From Hydrolagus affinis (taxonomy: Eukaryota), in NCBI GenBank assembly GCA_012026655.1, contig JAAILG010001019.1:1-64000 (forward strand): a stretch of 64,000 nt of DNA, written 5' to 3'. The notes beneath the pieces were generated by a model. It searched no databases. It was not told where the DNA came from and was given only the letters and a program-made list of their open reading frames with translations. The position numbers and the translations under genes are program-made. Shown here piece by piece: positions 1 through 11,670 of the stretch (the stretch's first letter is position 1; every line of letters begins with the position of its first letter).

Positions 1-1637
1 AGGCATTGAAGGGGGGTGAGGGGAGGGTGGGGGGAGATGGGGGAGTAAAATTCCGTTTGGGTCTGTAATTATATTTCAGTTATTATTACTGATGAAAATG
101 AAATGTACAGAGGCAATTGATGTATTTTATTTTGTCATTAATTACTTAAAATATGTTTTTAGAGTTTTTTTTTGCTATTCTTTTGATTGCTTGGTACTTT
201 GGAGTTAGAAGGTTGTGGATTTCAGCCACACATCAGGAGCTCATATAGTCTAAGCTAATACTCCAGTATTGTGCTGGGGGGGAGGGTGGGCGGGAGTGCT
301 GCTTTGCTTCAGGGCATCTTCTTGATGTGAAAGGCACATTGCTATGCTCATCAAAAATAATTATACTAACTTTATTAATGTAGCATTTCAGAACATCCAC
401 AATTTGACAAATTGTTTAATTCAGCTTTAAAATAAACAAACAGCTTCATTAATAAGGGCAATCTTAAATGATTTGCAAAATGTTGTACGCTGTGAAATAC
501 AACATAAACAGAGCAAATCTAAACCCAGGTGAAATGTTTCACCTGTGATGCTTCCTTGTTTTAGTACACTGACCCTTACTCCAGATCAATTCTGGGAACA
601 TTTAATTCTTATTATACTCAATTTTTGTAGCACAACCAACCTATTAATAGATGTTTATCCCTGTTTACGTGAAAAGAGAGTGAATCGCTTTTCGTTTGAA
701 AATTGAACTCGATTTTATTTAAATTTCCAAACGAGTATGCAATATTGTCTCCTGTTTTTTTTATCTGCTATTTGGTGCAGTCTTTTCAAGTCATTGCCAT
801 GCTGATTAACAGGATAGTTTTAACATTTGAATTGATGGAAGGCATTAATTCCTCAACAATACTGAAAGGATATTTTTTATATCTGGAACTCAATTTGCTT
901 TGCTGGAGCCCTCTTTGGCTGTATGATTAAACAAAGCAATTTCTAATGAAATTCTGGAATGATTGACTTTGCTGTTGGTAGGGAAATATATTTTCTTTCC
1001 ATCTGTGATACACTGATTGTAGATTTTAACACCTAGGGTACTCTTTGTTGTGCAGTAATCTGATTAAATACCATTACATGTTTCCACTGAGCTCTTAGGC
1101 TGTGCTCTTGTATCATTAACTGACCTTACTGCCACAAGCAAAATAAGGTGGTAATTTTTAACTTGGGCTGTGAAACAACAACAAAGAGCTTTCTCACAGT
1201 TTTGTGTGGTTAACAGCAAGCAGTTAACAAATCTGTTACATTATCAGCAGTTTGTATATAAACATGATGTAGGGCATGTGTGCAGTGTAGCTATATCCAC
1301 AGAAAGACACCCCAGAAGATGGGGGTCATGTATTTTTTTACCTCATGCTGGTTTCTAGTTAATATGTGATTGTTGGATAAAAAGATCAAGGTAAGTGCGA
1401 ACATTAGCGATTAGTCTTCAAGTCCCCAACGAATGTTGCTATGAGTCGGTAACACATTTACAGTAGAGACAGAGCGAAGGAAACTAATTATTTTTAAACA
1501 TACCAGGGAGTAAGGCTGGTAAGGACAGCACTGCATCTCTTTAGAGAAATTGTAATGTTAAGACGAATCTGTGTCTTTGAAGTTTGCAGGAAAGGATTTG
1601 ACGAAGAAGTAAGAGTTATTTTTACTCTTTGTTTCAG

Positions 1638-2673
1638 AGATACCTAAAGGTTCACCACAGCCGGGAGGCATGAATGGAAATGTCCAGTCAGCTACCAGCA
1701 GTGGGCAGCAACTCTCTGCCATCCCTCCTCCAAGCACCAATAAATCCTGGCGTAGCAAATCGATGAATGTCAAACACACTGCCACCTCATCCATGCTGAG
1801 TGTAAAGCAGCCCAGTCCTGTGACATCTCCAACCCCCTCCACTGATAGACTTCGAATTCCTCCACCAGAGACAGCAAAGGCCCCATCCAATGGACAAAAA
1901 TCTATGTTGGAGAAATTCAAGTTGACTAGGACTTCATCAAGACCCCCCATGATTCCAAGTGCAGGACCCACTGATGGTGGCAGAGACGAGGACGTTTTCT
2001 CCGAGTGTGGGGAACTAGATGTTTGTAACAGTGCGATTAACAGTGGGGCATCTGCAACAAGTAGTCCAAAAACACAATTAAAGGGAACATCCCAAAAAAT
2101 AGGGAGCAAAACTATTAGCAATAAAAAAAACCTACCACAAGCGAAGGAGAAAGAGGAGAAAGACAAGGAGAGAAACAAAGGATTGAAAAGTGGCAAAGAA
2201 GAAAAGGAGAAGGTGACTGAGGCGTCTAGAAAGAGCTCAAAAATTGCAAGCTTAATCCCCAAAGGAGCCAAACCTGTTGGAGTCAAAAAAGAAAGCGCTA
2301 TCCCGGCTTCTAGTGGGATACCTAAACCAGGATTGAAAGTATCAACAGGAAAGCCAGCATTGGTGCCCTCACCTGTAGGAACAAAAGATGCAGAAAAGGC
2401 CAGGACTGCTAAAGGAAGCCAAAGCCACCCATTACAGAAATCTCAGGCTGATGGGAAAGCCTCTAGCTCCAGTAGTATAGCTTCATTGGAGGGGAGAGGG
2501 ACAAGCCTGGCTTCTTCTCCAGCTTCCTCCTCAAGCACTACTGCACTTTCGGCTTCCATGGTGAATAGTAGTGGACAGATGATCGGGAACACCAGCATAG
2601 TTGTCCAGCTCCCTCAGCCACAACAGCAATACAGCCATCCCAACACTGCCACTGTTGCCCCTTTCATGTACAA
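1638..2673 (+). CDS. NAV3: Neuron navigator 3, large internal coding exon (Ser/Lys-rich region with SxIP-type motifs)
   Basis: Acceptor tttactctttgtttcag|AG (phase 1) and donor CAA|gtaagt (phase 2). The open frame encodes WRSKSMNVKHTATSSML, GQKSMLEKFKL, KIASLIPKG, SSGIPKPG and HPNTATVAPFMY, matching recalled vertebrate NAV3. Confidence 0.93.
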
Positions 2674-2800
2674 GTAAGTACTATACAGTATCCCAATACC
2701 AATAAAGTTGAGGAAGTTTAAGCATGAAAACATTTCAGATAACAAGTAACATGTCAAACTGCATTTGTAGTTCGATGATAATCTTTCTATCAATATGGAT

Positions 2801-2960
2801 GATAATAATGACCCTTGAATTTGATTCGGAGATGTCTCAAAGAGCTTCACAGAATATACTGTAAAGTGAATTGACTGTCTATTTTGTTGGCGAAACGTGG
2901 CAGCCAATTGCGTACAGCAGTGTCCTACACAGTCGTGGATTGAGTGACCAACTTATTATT
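2801..2960 (-). mobile_element. Partial SINE family A (core and tail)
   Basis: cttcacagaatatactgtaaagtgaattgactgt...ggcagccaattg. Similar partial copies lie at ~4100-4240(+), 14480-14575(+), 27170-27310(-), 35350-35470(+), 38240-38410(-), 38590-38670(+), 45460-45600(-), 50975-51075(+), 54655-54760(-), 58150-58255(-) and 63180-63240(-). Confidence 0.8.
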
Positions 2961-4834
2961 GTAATAATACTGATAGATAATATATATTTGGCTGCCCATA
3001 AATTTCCGTGGTGTGTTTGAACGTGCGCTGAACTTACCTTGTCTACTCCATTTAATGTCTTACTTAGCTTTCTCTCCAGGAGATCGCTTTTTGATCAAAT
3101 TCTTGCTCATTCAGATGTTCTTCACAACTTATTCCTCGAACACTGAGCAACAGCTTCTTTAGCCTTGAAATACATGCTGGGAATCTGAGCCAGGTTCCTC
3201 ATCTTCAGGTATCAGACTAATATTCGATTACAGTCCCCAGCATGCAAACCAGACTTAACAGCAGCACAATTTTAAAATGGCGGGGGTGCAGTCAAGCACA
3301 ACATTGGTTGTGACTGAATTAGCAAGATATTATTGGTAAAGTTTTTCATAACTACTGTATATATTTAATTGTCCCCATCACCAAACCATTATTTCCTGAC
3401 TGAGAAAAAAGCGTGTGGCTGGTATCCAGAAGTGTATAAATGTCCCCTCAATTAGACCACTGTTCTGTGTACAATTATACAAGTACCACACCTCCACACT
3501 GTGTCCTCACCAAGACATTTGTAGGGACATTGTGGAAGATTGAACCCATGAATCCACATTGTTCCATTCTGAGGTGCAGAGTATTAGTACAACAGAGAAA
3601 TATTTCACTGGTTGTGGACACACTATGTTAGTTCATATAGTTTTTTTTAAGGAAAGGGAAGTAACTAATTCTAACCAAAATGAATACCCTTAACATAATT
3701 AAGTAAACGAACTCCATAACTCGTGAAAGGACGAAATTTGTTGGTGTCTTGCTAAATGACATAGCACAGAATTGCAGCTTCCTGTGACCTTGCCACGCTA
3801 AATAAGGTCAACATGGAATTAACATGGCACATTCATCAACCTTTTCTGCTCAGTTTAATACCTGTTTCATTCGATTCTGTGCATATGGATTAGTGTTAAC
3901 TGATCATTCTGCCTCACTGGAATGCTTATCAAACTAATGCGCTTTGATTGCTAATGACTTCACCACCACCACTAAGTCTAGCTGCCTGGCTGCTACACAG
4001 CGGGAGTTTGCAGTGTTATCCTTTACCTTCACTTATTTTAAGGGTTTCTTTGTGTTTTGTTGAGAGCCCTTTCTTTATGGTGAATAATTGCTCTTTTCCC
4101 ACATCGCTGCACCAAATTGGCTGCCATAGTCGCCTACAAAATACAGTCACTACATTGTATGGTAAATTCTGTGAAGAGCTTGAAGATGTCCTTCTGAAAC
4201 TAAATGAGCTTGATCAAATGCAAAGATTATTATTATTACAACTACGTGTTACAGTTAATGCTTCATTGTGGAGAATAAATTAACATTTGAAGATTGATTG
4301 CTGTGTACAAAAAGCATCAGAATGTCACTGAAACAGACTGCTCTGTTGTTTTATATATTTTATTGAATTACTTTCTCTTCGATCCACATACAGATATTTA
4401 AATCTTGCTCTTTGGCAGACACACTCAACTGCTTGGACTTCATATTATGATGCTTAGGAATAACTTATGTATAATTTTCTTCCAAGATTACGATAAACAG
4501 TAAACCCTCTCTATCAAAGCGGTTTGACTGTTTTAAAGCATTTAAAAGAATATTTATTTATGTCACATTTCTGTTTCTGATCCCTATCTGGATCTGCTAG
4601 CTGTGTGAACATCTTCATTGTGTATTTTATTTATGGTTCTTACCACCTTGCTTTAAAACAAACTCAAATGTTTTAGATGATAAGAAAATGTGAGAGTAGC
4701 AAAGACCATTGAGTTTCTCCTTCTACTGGCAATCCAAGTATTACTGAGTTGCTGGTGTATTTATAAACAAGACAGTTACCATAAAATAATGTGAGCCATT
4801 ATCAAACAGGACATTTTTTTTGCAGCTCATGTCC

Positions 4835-5280
4835 TCTCTGCAAGCCTGCCAGCCTCATCCTTGACCAGTTCCACTGGCTCCCTATCCCCCAGAAGATCAA
4901 GTTCAAGATCCTTATACTCACTTTTAAACCCCTATAGGTCTTCTTGCCCCACACTACATCTGTGACCTTCTAGAACCTTGACAATCCACCCGCCCCCTCC
5001 ACTCAGCAGCCTGCGTCACATGCCGCTCCGTCTGCCCATCACCTGTGGTCGGATCTCCATCTTTTCTGACTCCACTTTCTGAAACTTAATCCCTTCATTT
5101 CACCCCTTCCCTTGCCTCCTTCAAGGTCAGTCTCCTGACCCCCTTGACTGCACCTCGAGTTATTTTTCTACCCTACCTCTCAAATTCAACCCCCCAGCTC
5201 AGGTGCAAACTCACGATTATCCTGTACCTTGGGATGTCCTCCCCACATGAAAGGCATTATACAAATACAATTTGCTGTTA
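4835..5280 (+). mobile_element. L2-clade LINE 3' fragment
   Basis: cactggctccct...atcaagttcaagatcctt encodes an HWLP/IKFKIL-like ORF2 end, followed by a stem-loop tail ending atacaaatacaatttgctgtt. Confidence 0.75.
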
Positions 5281-5918
5281 CTGTACTAATTTCATGGTAG
5301 AAATGAACTGGATGGCTGCAGATAATTCATTGCAGAATCTTGTAGTTATTAAACAGCAAGGTACAGCAAATTAAACACACCGAGTTTCTTCTGACTTTGC
5401 CATTACTAGCTCATTTCACTGCTTATTTCATCTTATACAGCTGTTATTGAAAATTGAAACAGGAACAGTCAGTGCACATTGAATGCCAGCCAATAATACA
5501 GTTTATTAAAGGAAATAAAATAAACCCTTTCAGCAGTTTGGCAGTATTTGACTGGACCAAATTTCAGGACATTTAAGAACATTGACAGTAAACAGTAAAA
5601 GTTCAATATGCTCTTTGTGGCACATTTTACGCAAAAACAAGTTCACAAATCCAAGGGAAAACCACGATAGCCAAAGACTGGAGATATGTTTTAGTATCGT
5701 TAACAAGGGTATAAATAACAAAGAAACAGTTGGCACATTATAGAAAAATTCACACAGGGAATATTTGCTTAAAATAATTTTAGAATGCCCTGTATGAATT
5801 TAAAACATCACTGAGAAGCACAGATTGGTTTACAGGTCACATCAGTCCAGTTACCATTGGTTCCTCAGTCTATTTTGCACAGTTCTTTTATTGAAAGTGC
5901 TGTCACACTCCCCCTGTG

Positions 5919-5989
5919 CAGCGCCTTGGGACGTCCTCCCGACGTGAAAGGCGCTCTATAAATGTAATTTGTTGTTGTTGTTGTTGTTG
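5919..5989 (+). mobile_element. Ultra-short L2 3' terminal stem-loop plus (TTG)n insertion
   Basis: cagcgccttgggacgtcctcccgacgtgaaaggcgctctataaatgtaatt(tgt)n. Identical core at 44631-44692; variants at ~18329, 35016, 42130, 42505, 42597, 42918, 48270 and 57180 (+), and ~10093, 16155, 49173 and 55397 (-). Confidence 0.85.
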
Positions 5990-6429
5990 AGCTGATTATC
6001 AGACTGGAATCTGATTTATTTGATTTACGATATTCAAAAACCCCATGTGTTGTTTTAATTGCAAATATTGGATTGTGCAATGTGCAGTAATCAGGCAGTT
6101 TTTAACTGGAATGCAGAAAATAAATTTTGTACTTCTTTCCCAAACACCATTTTAAAAGCTTTCAAAGACCATTCTAAGAATTCGGGATTAGAACAATTGG
6201 CTTGTGCTAACATAAAAAAAAAATTTGGCAGCCAAATTGACCGAGAAAGCTGAAGGAGAAATTATATTCTCTAAATCAGCCCCCAAACTGTTGATGAAGG
6301 CAGGTTTAAAAAGGACTAGATTTTTGTTCATTAAGAATTATCAGGGATAATTAAGGATTGAGAATGTGTTTAGCAGTACCAGAATTCTGATCCAGTTATG
6401 TGTTGTTTCAGGCACCCTGTCTTTAAAAG

Positions 6430-6915
6430 TGATACATGGGATTGAGCTCAGAGTAGAGTGGGGAGACTGATTCTGAGTTATGAAGAGAGACACGCTGAGC
6501 TGAACTCATTTGTTAGCTGTGTGAAGTGCTTTGAGACGTCATCGCGATGCGAAAGGCGCTCTAACAATGTAACTTGTTGCATTGAGGAAGCAGGTGTTTA
6601 AAACGTGCGAGAGTTAGGTAATGCAGGTGTTAGCAAGCTATTTGACTTGAACCACAGACACAAATGAGAGGAAACAGGTGAAGTTAATTATCCTAAAAAT
6701 GACTAGAGAATAGAAGAAACATTTTCATTATCCAATGGATTAATAAATATGTGGATCACATCCCCTAACCTAATATAGAGGAACTTTCTCACAAGAGATT
6801 AAATACACAGTTAAAAAAAATACACAGTTAAAAGTTGAGACAACTCTACTCCTTGTGGATCTTCAAGGCATTTGACACATTTTTTTTTCCATTGGAGTAT
6901 GGTTTCACAGGTGTG
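6430..6915 (+). mobile_element. Highly decayed CR1 3' fragment interrupted by an L2-type tail (~6518-6580)
   Basis: Degenerate agttatgaagagaga...tgagaggaaacagg...agaagaaacattttc pattern of the CR1 ORF2 end. Confidence 0.45.
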
Positions 6916-9071
6916 TAATGCCCGGTCCCAGTGGCCATTAATAATATACAAGCCTTGACCATGCGTGTTGACAGGCTATTCAACAGCTGAGCTTGATCTT
7001 ATCCTTACCTCCATGTCAACCCATAGGCATCTCCCATAGGGGCACCAGAGGATGGTGATCAGGAGGTGGGTCACTGGCTCATTTACTTCTTCATAACCCA
7101 GAGGACCGAGTTCTATTATAATAATCCATCTCTGGTCTGCATGGCTCAAATTCTCACTGCATATACTCACTGAACCGTTAGGGAGAGCATTTTCTCTCTC
7201 ACATTATGCCCATGAGCACATTATCTGTAGAATTTAACCAGCGCTAAATAAACCTAATGTATAATCATTTTCAATTAAGATCCTAGAGTTTATGCTTGAT
7301 TATCTTCTGGAATGGGGGATAGTTTTGCAGAGTTTTGACCCCTTAAAAGTGTTAGCTTTGATGGTCCATTCCCTCAGGAGAGGAATGTAATGGATTGAGA
7401 AGATAGCGTGAATGTGCAGATTGTACTTGCTCTTTTGAATGGTGCAGAGGGAAATGAACCAAATATCCCTTTTATTATTCCAGATTTTCTTACAATACTA
7501 ACTACGACAATTTCATTTTAGCACTCCAGCCATCTAGGTGTTTGGTGCCAATTAGGACTGTATTGCCAGTCATTTGTGTAAGTTAAAGCTGTCCCAATTC
7601 ATTTCATCTGGAATATTTCCAATAGGCAGAGGTAAGCTATTTTCTCTATGTTGAGGTAGCTGTCAACAAAAAGTCCATAGATGGTCGAACAATGTTCATC
7701 CTCTGTGTCATCCAGTACTCTCACTTTTAGAATTCTTAAATTGTTCTTGGCTGCTTCTTCTTGTCTAAAGCAATTAAAATCCAGACCTTTTGACTGGAAT
7801 CTTTGCCAAACCTATCCTGCAGTCTTTGAACAGATATTTATAAAATGACATAGGAATGACTTGGTGATGGTTTATGGCAATCATTTGATGAATATAGTTT
7901 TGAGCCCAAGCAACAATGCTATTTCAGTCTATTCTATGCTATTCTTCCAGAATACTGTATATAATTGATTTTGTCAGTTTTCAAATGACTTTCCAGATCA
8001 CAAGATTTTACACCATGACTAAAAACAGCATTGGCACCTTTGGCTGATTTCCTTAACTAAACCACAGGAAGACTATTCCATTCACAGAGAAGTTCAAGAA
8101 CCTATCTTCCCACCTAGATGAAAGACTTGTATAAAAATGCAATATTGAACTGATCTTCTATTAAATTGTTAGTATAGATACAGCACACATTTTTTGTATA
8201 TTCTTGTAAATTATTAGAATTCAAAAAAAAAAGGCAGTGCCTGTTTGTGCATTTTTCTTTTAGCGACAAAACGTTCTAAAAATTATGAAAATATCAGAGT
8301 ACAAAGTAGAGGAAGAAGTAGAGGCACAATCTAACCTTTATTATTATGAAGCCAATTGGTGGGGTCATCATGTCCTAATTTGTAAGAAAAGAACTATGGG
8401 ACAGAATTATAACCAAAGAAAACTATTTTACAAGTACACTGTAAGGAGTAAAATGTTCATACTTGAGATGTTAACTTCTGAAGTACAAAATTCAACTAAT
8501 GTATATAAGCAAACAATACACAGGTTTCTAATTCAATAGAGTGGGGGTAATGGGGGTAGCTGCCAAGACAGGAGGGAGGCGGAAATGATCAGAGCAGCTC
8601 TTGTTCATGGAACTGACCATTTAACGTCAACAAGTTAGACTGATTCCCCCTGCTTCACCCTGTCCTATATTCTTGCATGTAGAGAACGTTACTACAGCCA
8701 GCCAATCTATCATGATCATGTGTATTTTGAATTAAATCTCTTGAATATCTGGTGAGATTCCAGGTTTCTTCTCTTCTCTCAAAACCTGCAGTTTAGTGGA
8801 TTTGCTCCAAAGAGAGAGGCTTATATTTAGGAGTTGATGAATGATTTTTGGAGATGATTTACAGTAATCACTGTTGCGTGGCATCCACGAGGTGGGATTA
8901 GACTTTATTTCACAACCGGGAAGCATGATTTTTCAATTTTGTTTTCGAATGAACAACCTTGGTTAATAGAGGGACAATCCTAACTCCATTTGCCAGGATT
9001 TCATAATGTATTCAAAAAAGAAACATATTTTATAACCTTCATTATCCGTATACCATAACATAATAATACAA

Positions 9072-9392
9072 CAATCACCAGAAGTTTCACCAGATGTTTG
9101 CAAGTGCCTCAAATGTGGTTACCAGGGTTGCAGTCGAAACTCGCAGGATCAACATTCTGTGAAGCATTCCCGGACAACTCGCTCAGATCCACACTGCATC
9201 GTGGTTAATCTGGAGTCATGGAATATTTGGTTCTATGAATGCGATGAAGAGCTAACACAATGCAATAAAAATGCTCTTTCTCAAACACTGGATTTTCTGC
9301 AGAAACATGCCACTAAGACGGGCTCAGGTTTAACTTTCAAACCATTGAAAGTTCGAGATGAAATTTCTGATGGCAGTGAAACAATGAGATAG
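9072..9392 (+). pseudogene. USP45: Processed (intronless) fragment of a USP45-like (USP16/45 family) deubiquitinase, ZnF-UBP domain
   Basis: One frame reads CLKCGYQGCSRNSQDQHSVKH...PHCIVVNLESWNIWFYECDEEL..CNK..L.Q.LDFLQKHATKT. This closely parallels recalled USP45 CLKCGFQGCGKNSESQHSLKH...PHCIIINLSTWIIWCYECDEKL..CNKK.L.Q.VDFLQKHASKT. It has no start codon and no catalytic domain, and ends at TAG 9390-9392. Confidence 0.85.
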
Positions 9393-9779
9393 GCACATTC
9401 ATTGCTGTATATAAACTAGAACAGATATTATCCATTATGAAGATGCAAAATGTACATTAATAAATATTAAATTTCTGAGTAACTTGTACCCTGCACTCAT
9501 TTCCCATAAATGGACCAATTCTAAATGCAGATCGTATTGCATAACTTTACGCATGTTATAAAGAAGCCAGGATCTGTATATTAATATACAGTATTGACTT
9601 TGCAATAAAAGGGTATTAATAATCCCCACATTTGATACACATGTTAATAATCCTCAGAATTCACATCAGGCGTGTGTCTCACAGCATTGCACAAAGGTGC
9701 TGCCTTCGATTGTAATAAACATGATGCAATGCAGATGTCCATGCAAGTATTTATACCTGTGTCAAAACACATTTTTCAG

Positions 9780-9895
9780 AACTTACTCGGAAAATGATGG
9801 TGGTTTTGTACCATCTGGTGACCCAAGTGCCAGTCCCACAAAAATGGATTCAGTTTACAGCAAGACTGCCAAACAGTGCCTCGAGGAGATTTCCG
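9780..9895 (+). CDS. NAV3: NAV3 internal coding exon (116 nt)
   Basis: Acceptor atttttcag|A and donor TCCG|gtaggt. Encodes (K)TYSENDGG...SPTKMDSVYSKTAKQCLEEIS(G); SKTAKQCLEEISG fits NAV3 rather than NAV2. Phases 2 and 1 fit the neighbouring exons. Confidence 0.93.
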
Positions 9896-11294
9896 GTAGG
9901 TGATGCAGTCTTACTAATTAATGCCAGCGACGCACAATGTTAAAGTTAAAGAAATGCAGGCTCATATTTTCATTCCTTTTCTTGTGAACCAAGCAAGATG
10001 GTTTTGACTAGAGAGAGCTAAGAGGTTGCTCCAAAGGCAAAAAGGGGTGGGGGGGAGATAAAAATGCCTTTGCTCCTCAATTTCCCAGTTGCAACAACAA
10101 TAGCAAAATTACATGTGTATAGCGCCTTTCAAGTTGGGTGGACTTTCCGAGGTGCTGCACGCTGGACTGTTAATTTTCAACATATGTTAAAAAGAAGACG
10201 TGATCTGAATGTTGTATGATATTATTGACTTAATAGCTAGCAGGATAATAATAATAATAATTATCCTTGCATTTGATATATTACATCTGTCATGTCAGGA
10301 CTGCTACGCAGATGTGCTGTCGTTGATTGTAATGAAACTGGTGTAATCTCCTAGCCCAGCAGTTTGGAAAGATGATGTCTTGTGGAGTATTTTTCTAGTA
10401 ATGATATTCTGCAGACACTAGTTATCCTGTTCATTTCTGGAGGAGGTAATAGACACCGTACCAGCTGCTTTTGCTTGAGGTCTGTTCTACATATGCACAA
10501 GTCTGCGGGGAAATGCATCTTCAGATCTCTAGTCCTGCTTGAGATTTATTAATATTTGAAACCTGTGGAGTTGTAGATAGTTAATGTGATTAGTTCAGGA
10601 AAGCAATGGAAACTCGACCTTCCTTGAAAAGTAAAATTCTTATTTAATTAATAGTATATTAATAGTATCTAAGTAACCTTAGATCATTGTGTAGATCAGC
10701 AACAGTGCAATTTGATAAAGACTAACCCTGTACAAGATTGACTAGGACTTTTATCAGGACCTGGGCTGATAAATCTCTTATGTCTTCTTCATTCTGATTT
10801 GTTCTCCAGAACTTTGCAGGCTGTCATCTTGCAAGCCTACACTAGTAGTTGGGAATGCAGAAGTTTTGCTTCGTAATACTATATCACTTTAAATCTTGTG
10901 TGAAAGTGTGAAACCTGAAGGTCATATCCGGTATTTGTTCAGATGTCCATATTGATCGAGTTGCAAGAGTGCCACTGGCAAACAGATTCCGTGGCAGCTG
11001 GAGACAGAAACTAAGCCTTACAGAATGATTTTTACTCCCAAGTAAACAGCCCCGTGGTCCAGTATGGCTAGTATTTGGCAAATGTATCCCTTAGGACATT
11101 ATGTTGTGTCATTGTACCTTAGTTCCCATGGTTTGAGGCAGCAGAATGAACAAAACTTCATCTCCATCCATACCTATCCTGTAATTTCCCAACCAACAGT
11201 TCCCAACCAAAATATCTTACATTCTTAGGTTGAAGATCATTGCTTTATAATGTGAGAACAAAATGTTTGAAACAAACTTTTTTGGGATTTTCAA

Positions 11295-11657
11295 ATTGGG
11301 ACACTTGCTAAAGCAGAGTGGCTTCAGTCTAGAAAAGAAATGCCTCAGAGGAGAACTTCGAGAGATGTATATGATTATAAATGGAATTAAGAACGTAAAC
11401 CCAAATGGAGACTTTAAGATGCACCAAGATAGCAGAACAAGAGGGCACAGAGTCAGAGTAGTAAAGGGCAGTTTTAGGATGGAAATCAGGAAATATTTTT
11501 GCCAGAGTGTTATTAATGATTTGAATGCATGATTGAAACCAGGAAACCAGACTCTAAGAAACAACTTGATGCTGTAATGGAAGGACGTTAGAGTGGGTAT
11601 TTTCTGGATGGATGAGATCAAATGGGCCGAAGAAGTTTCTTCATCCAACCTGATTTG
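11295..11657 (+). mobile_element. Older CR1 LINE 3' fragment
   Basis: FSLEKKCLRGELREMYMII...SRTRGH...FRMEIRKYF resembles the CR1 ORF2 C-terminus, followed by a 3' UTR-like atgggccgaa. Confidence 0.8.
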
Positions 11658-11670
11658 ATAGAATAAATAA

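Noticed and set aside
1558-2286. 242-aa minus-strand ORF
   Set aside because: Antisense shadow of the NAV3 exon; no recognisable protein features.
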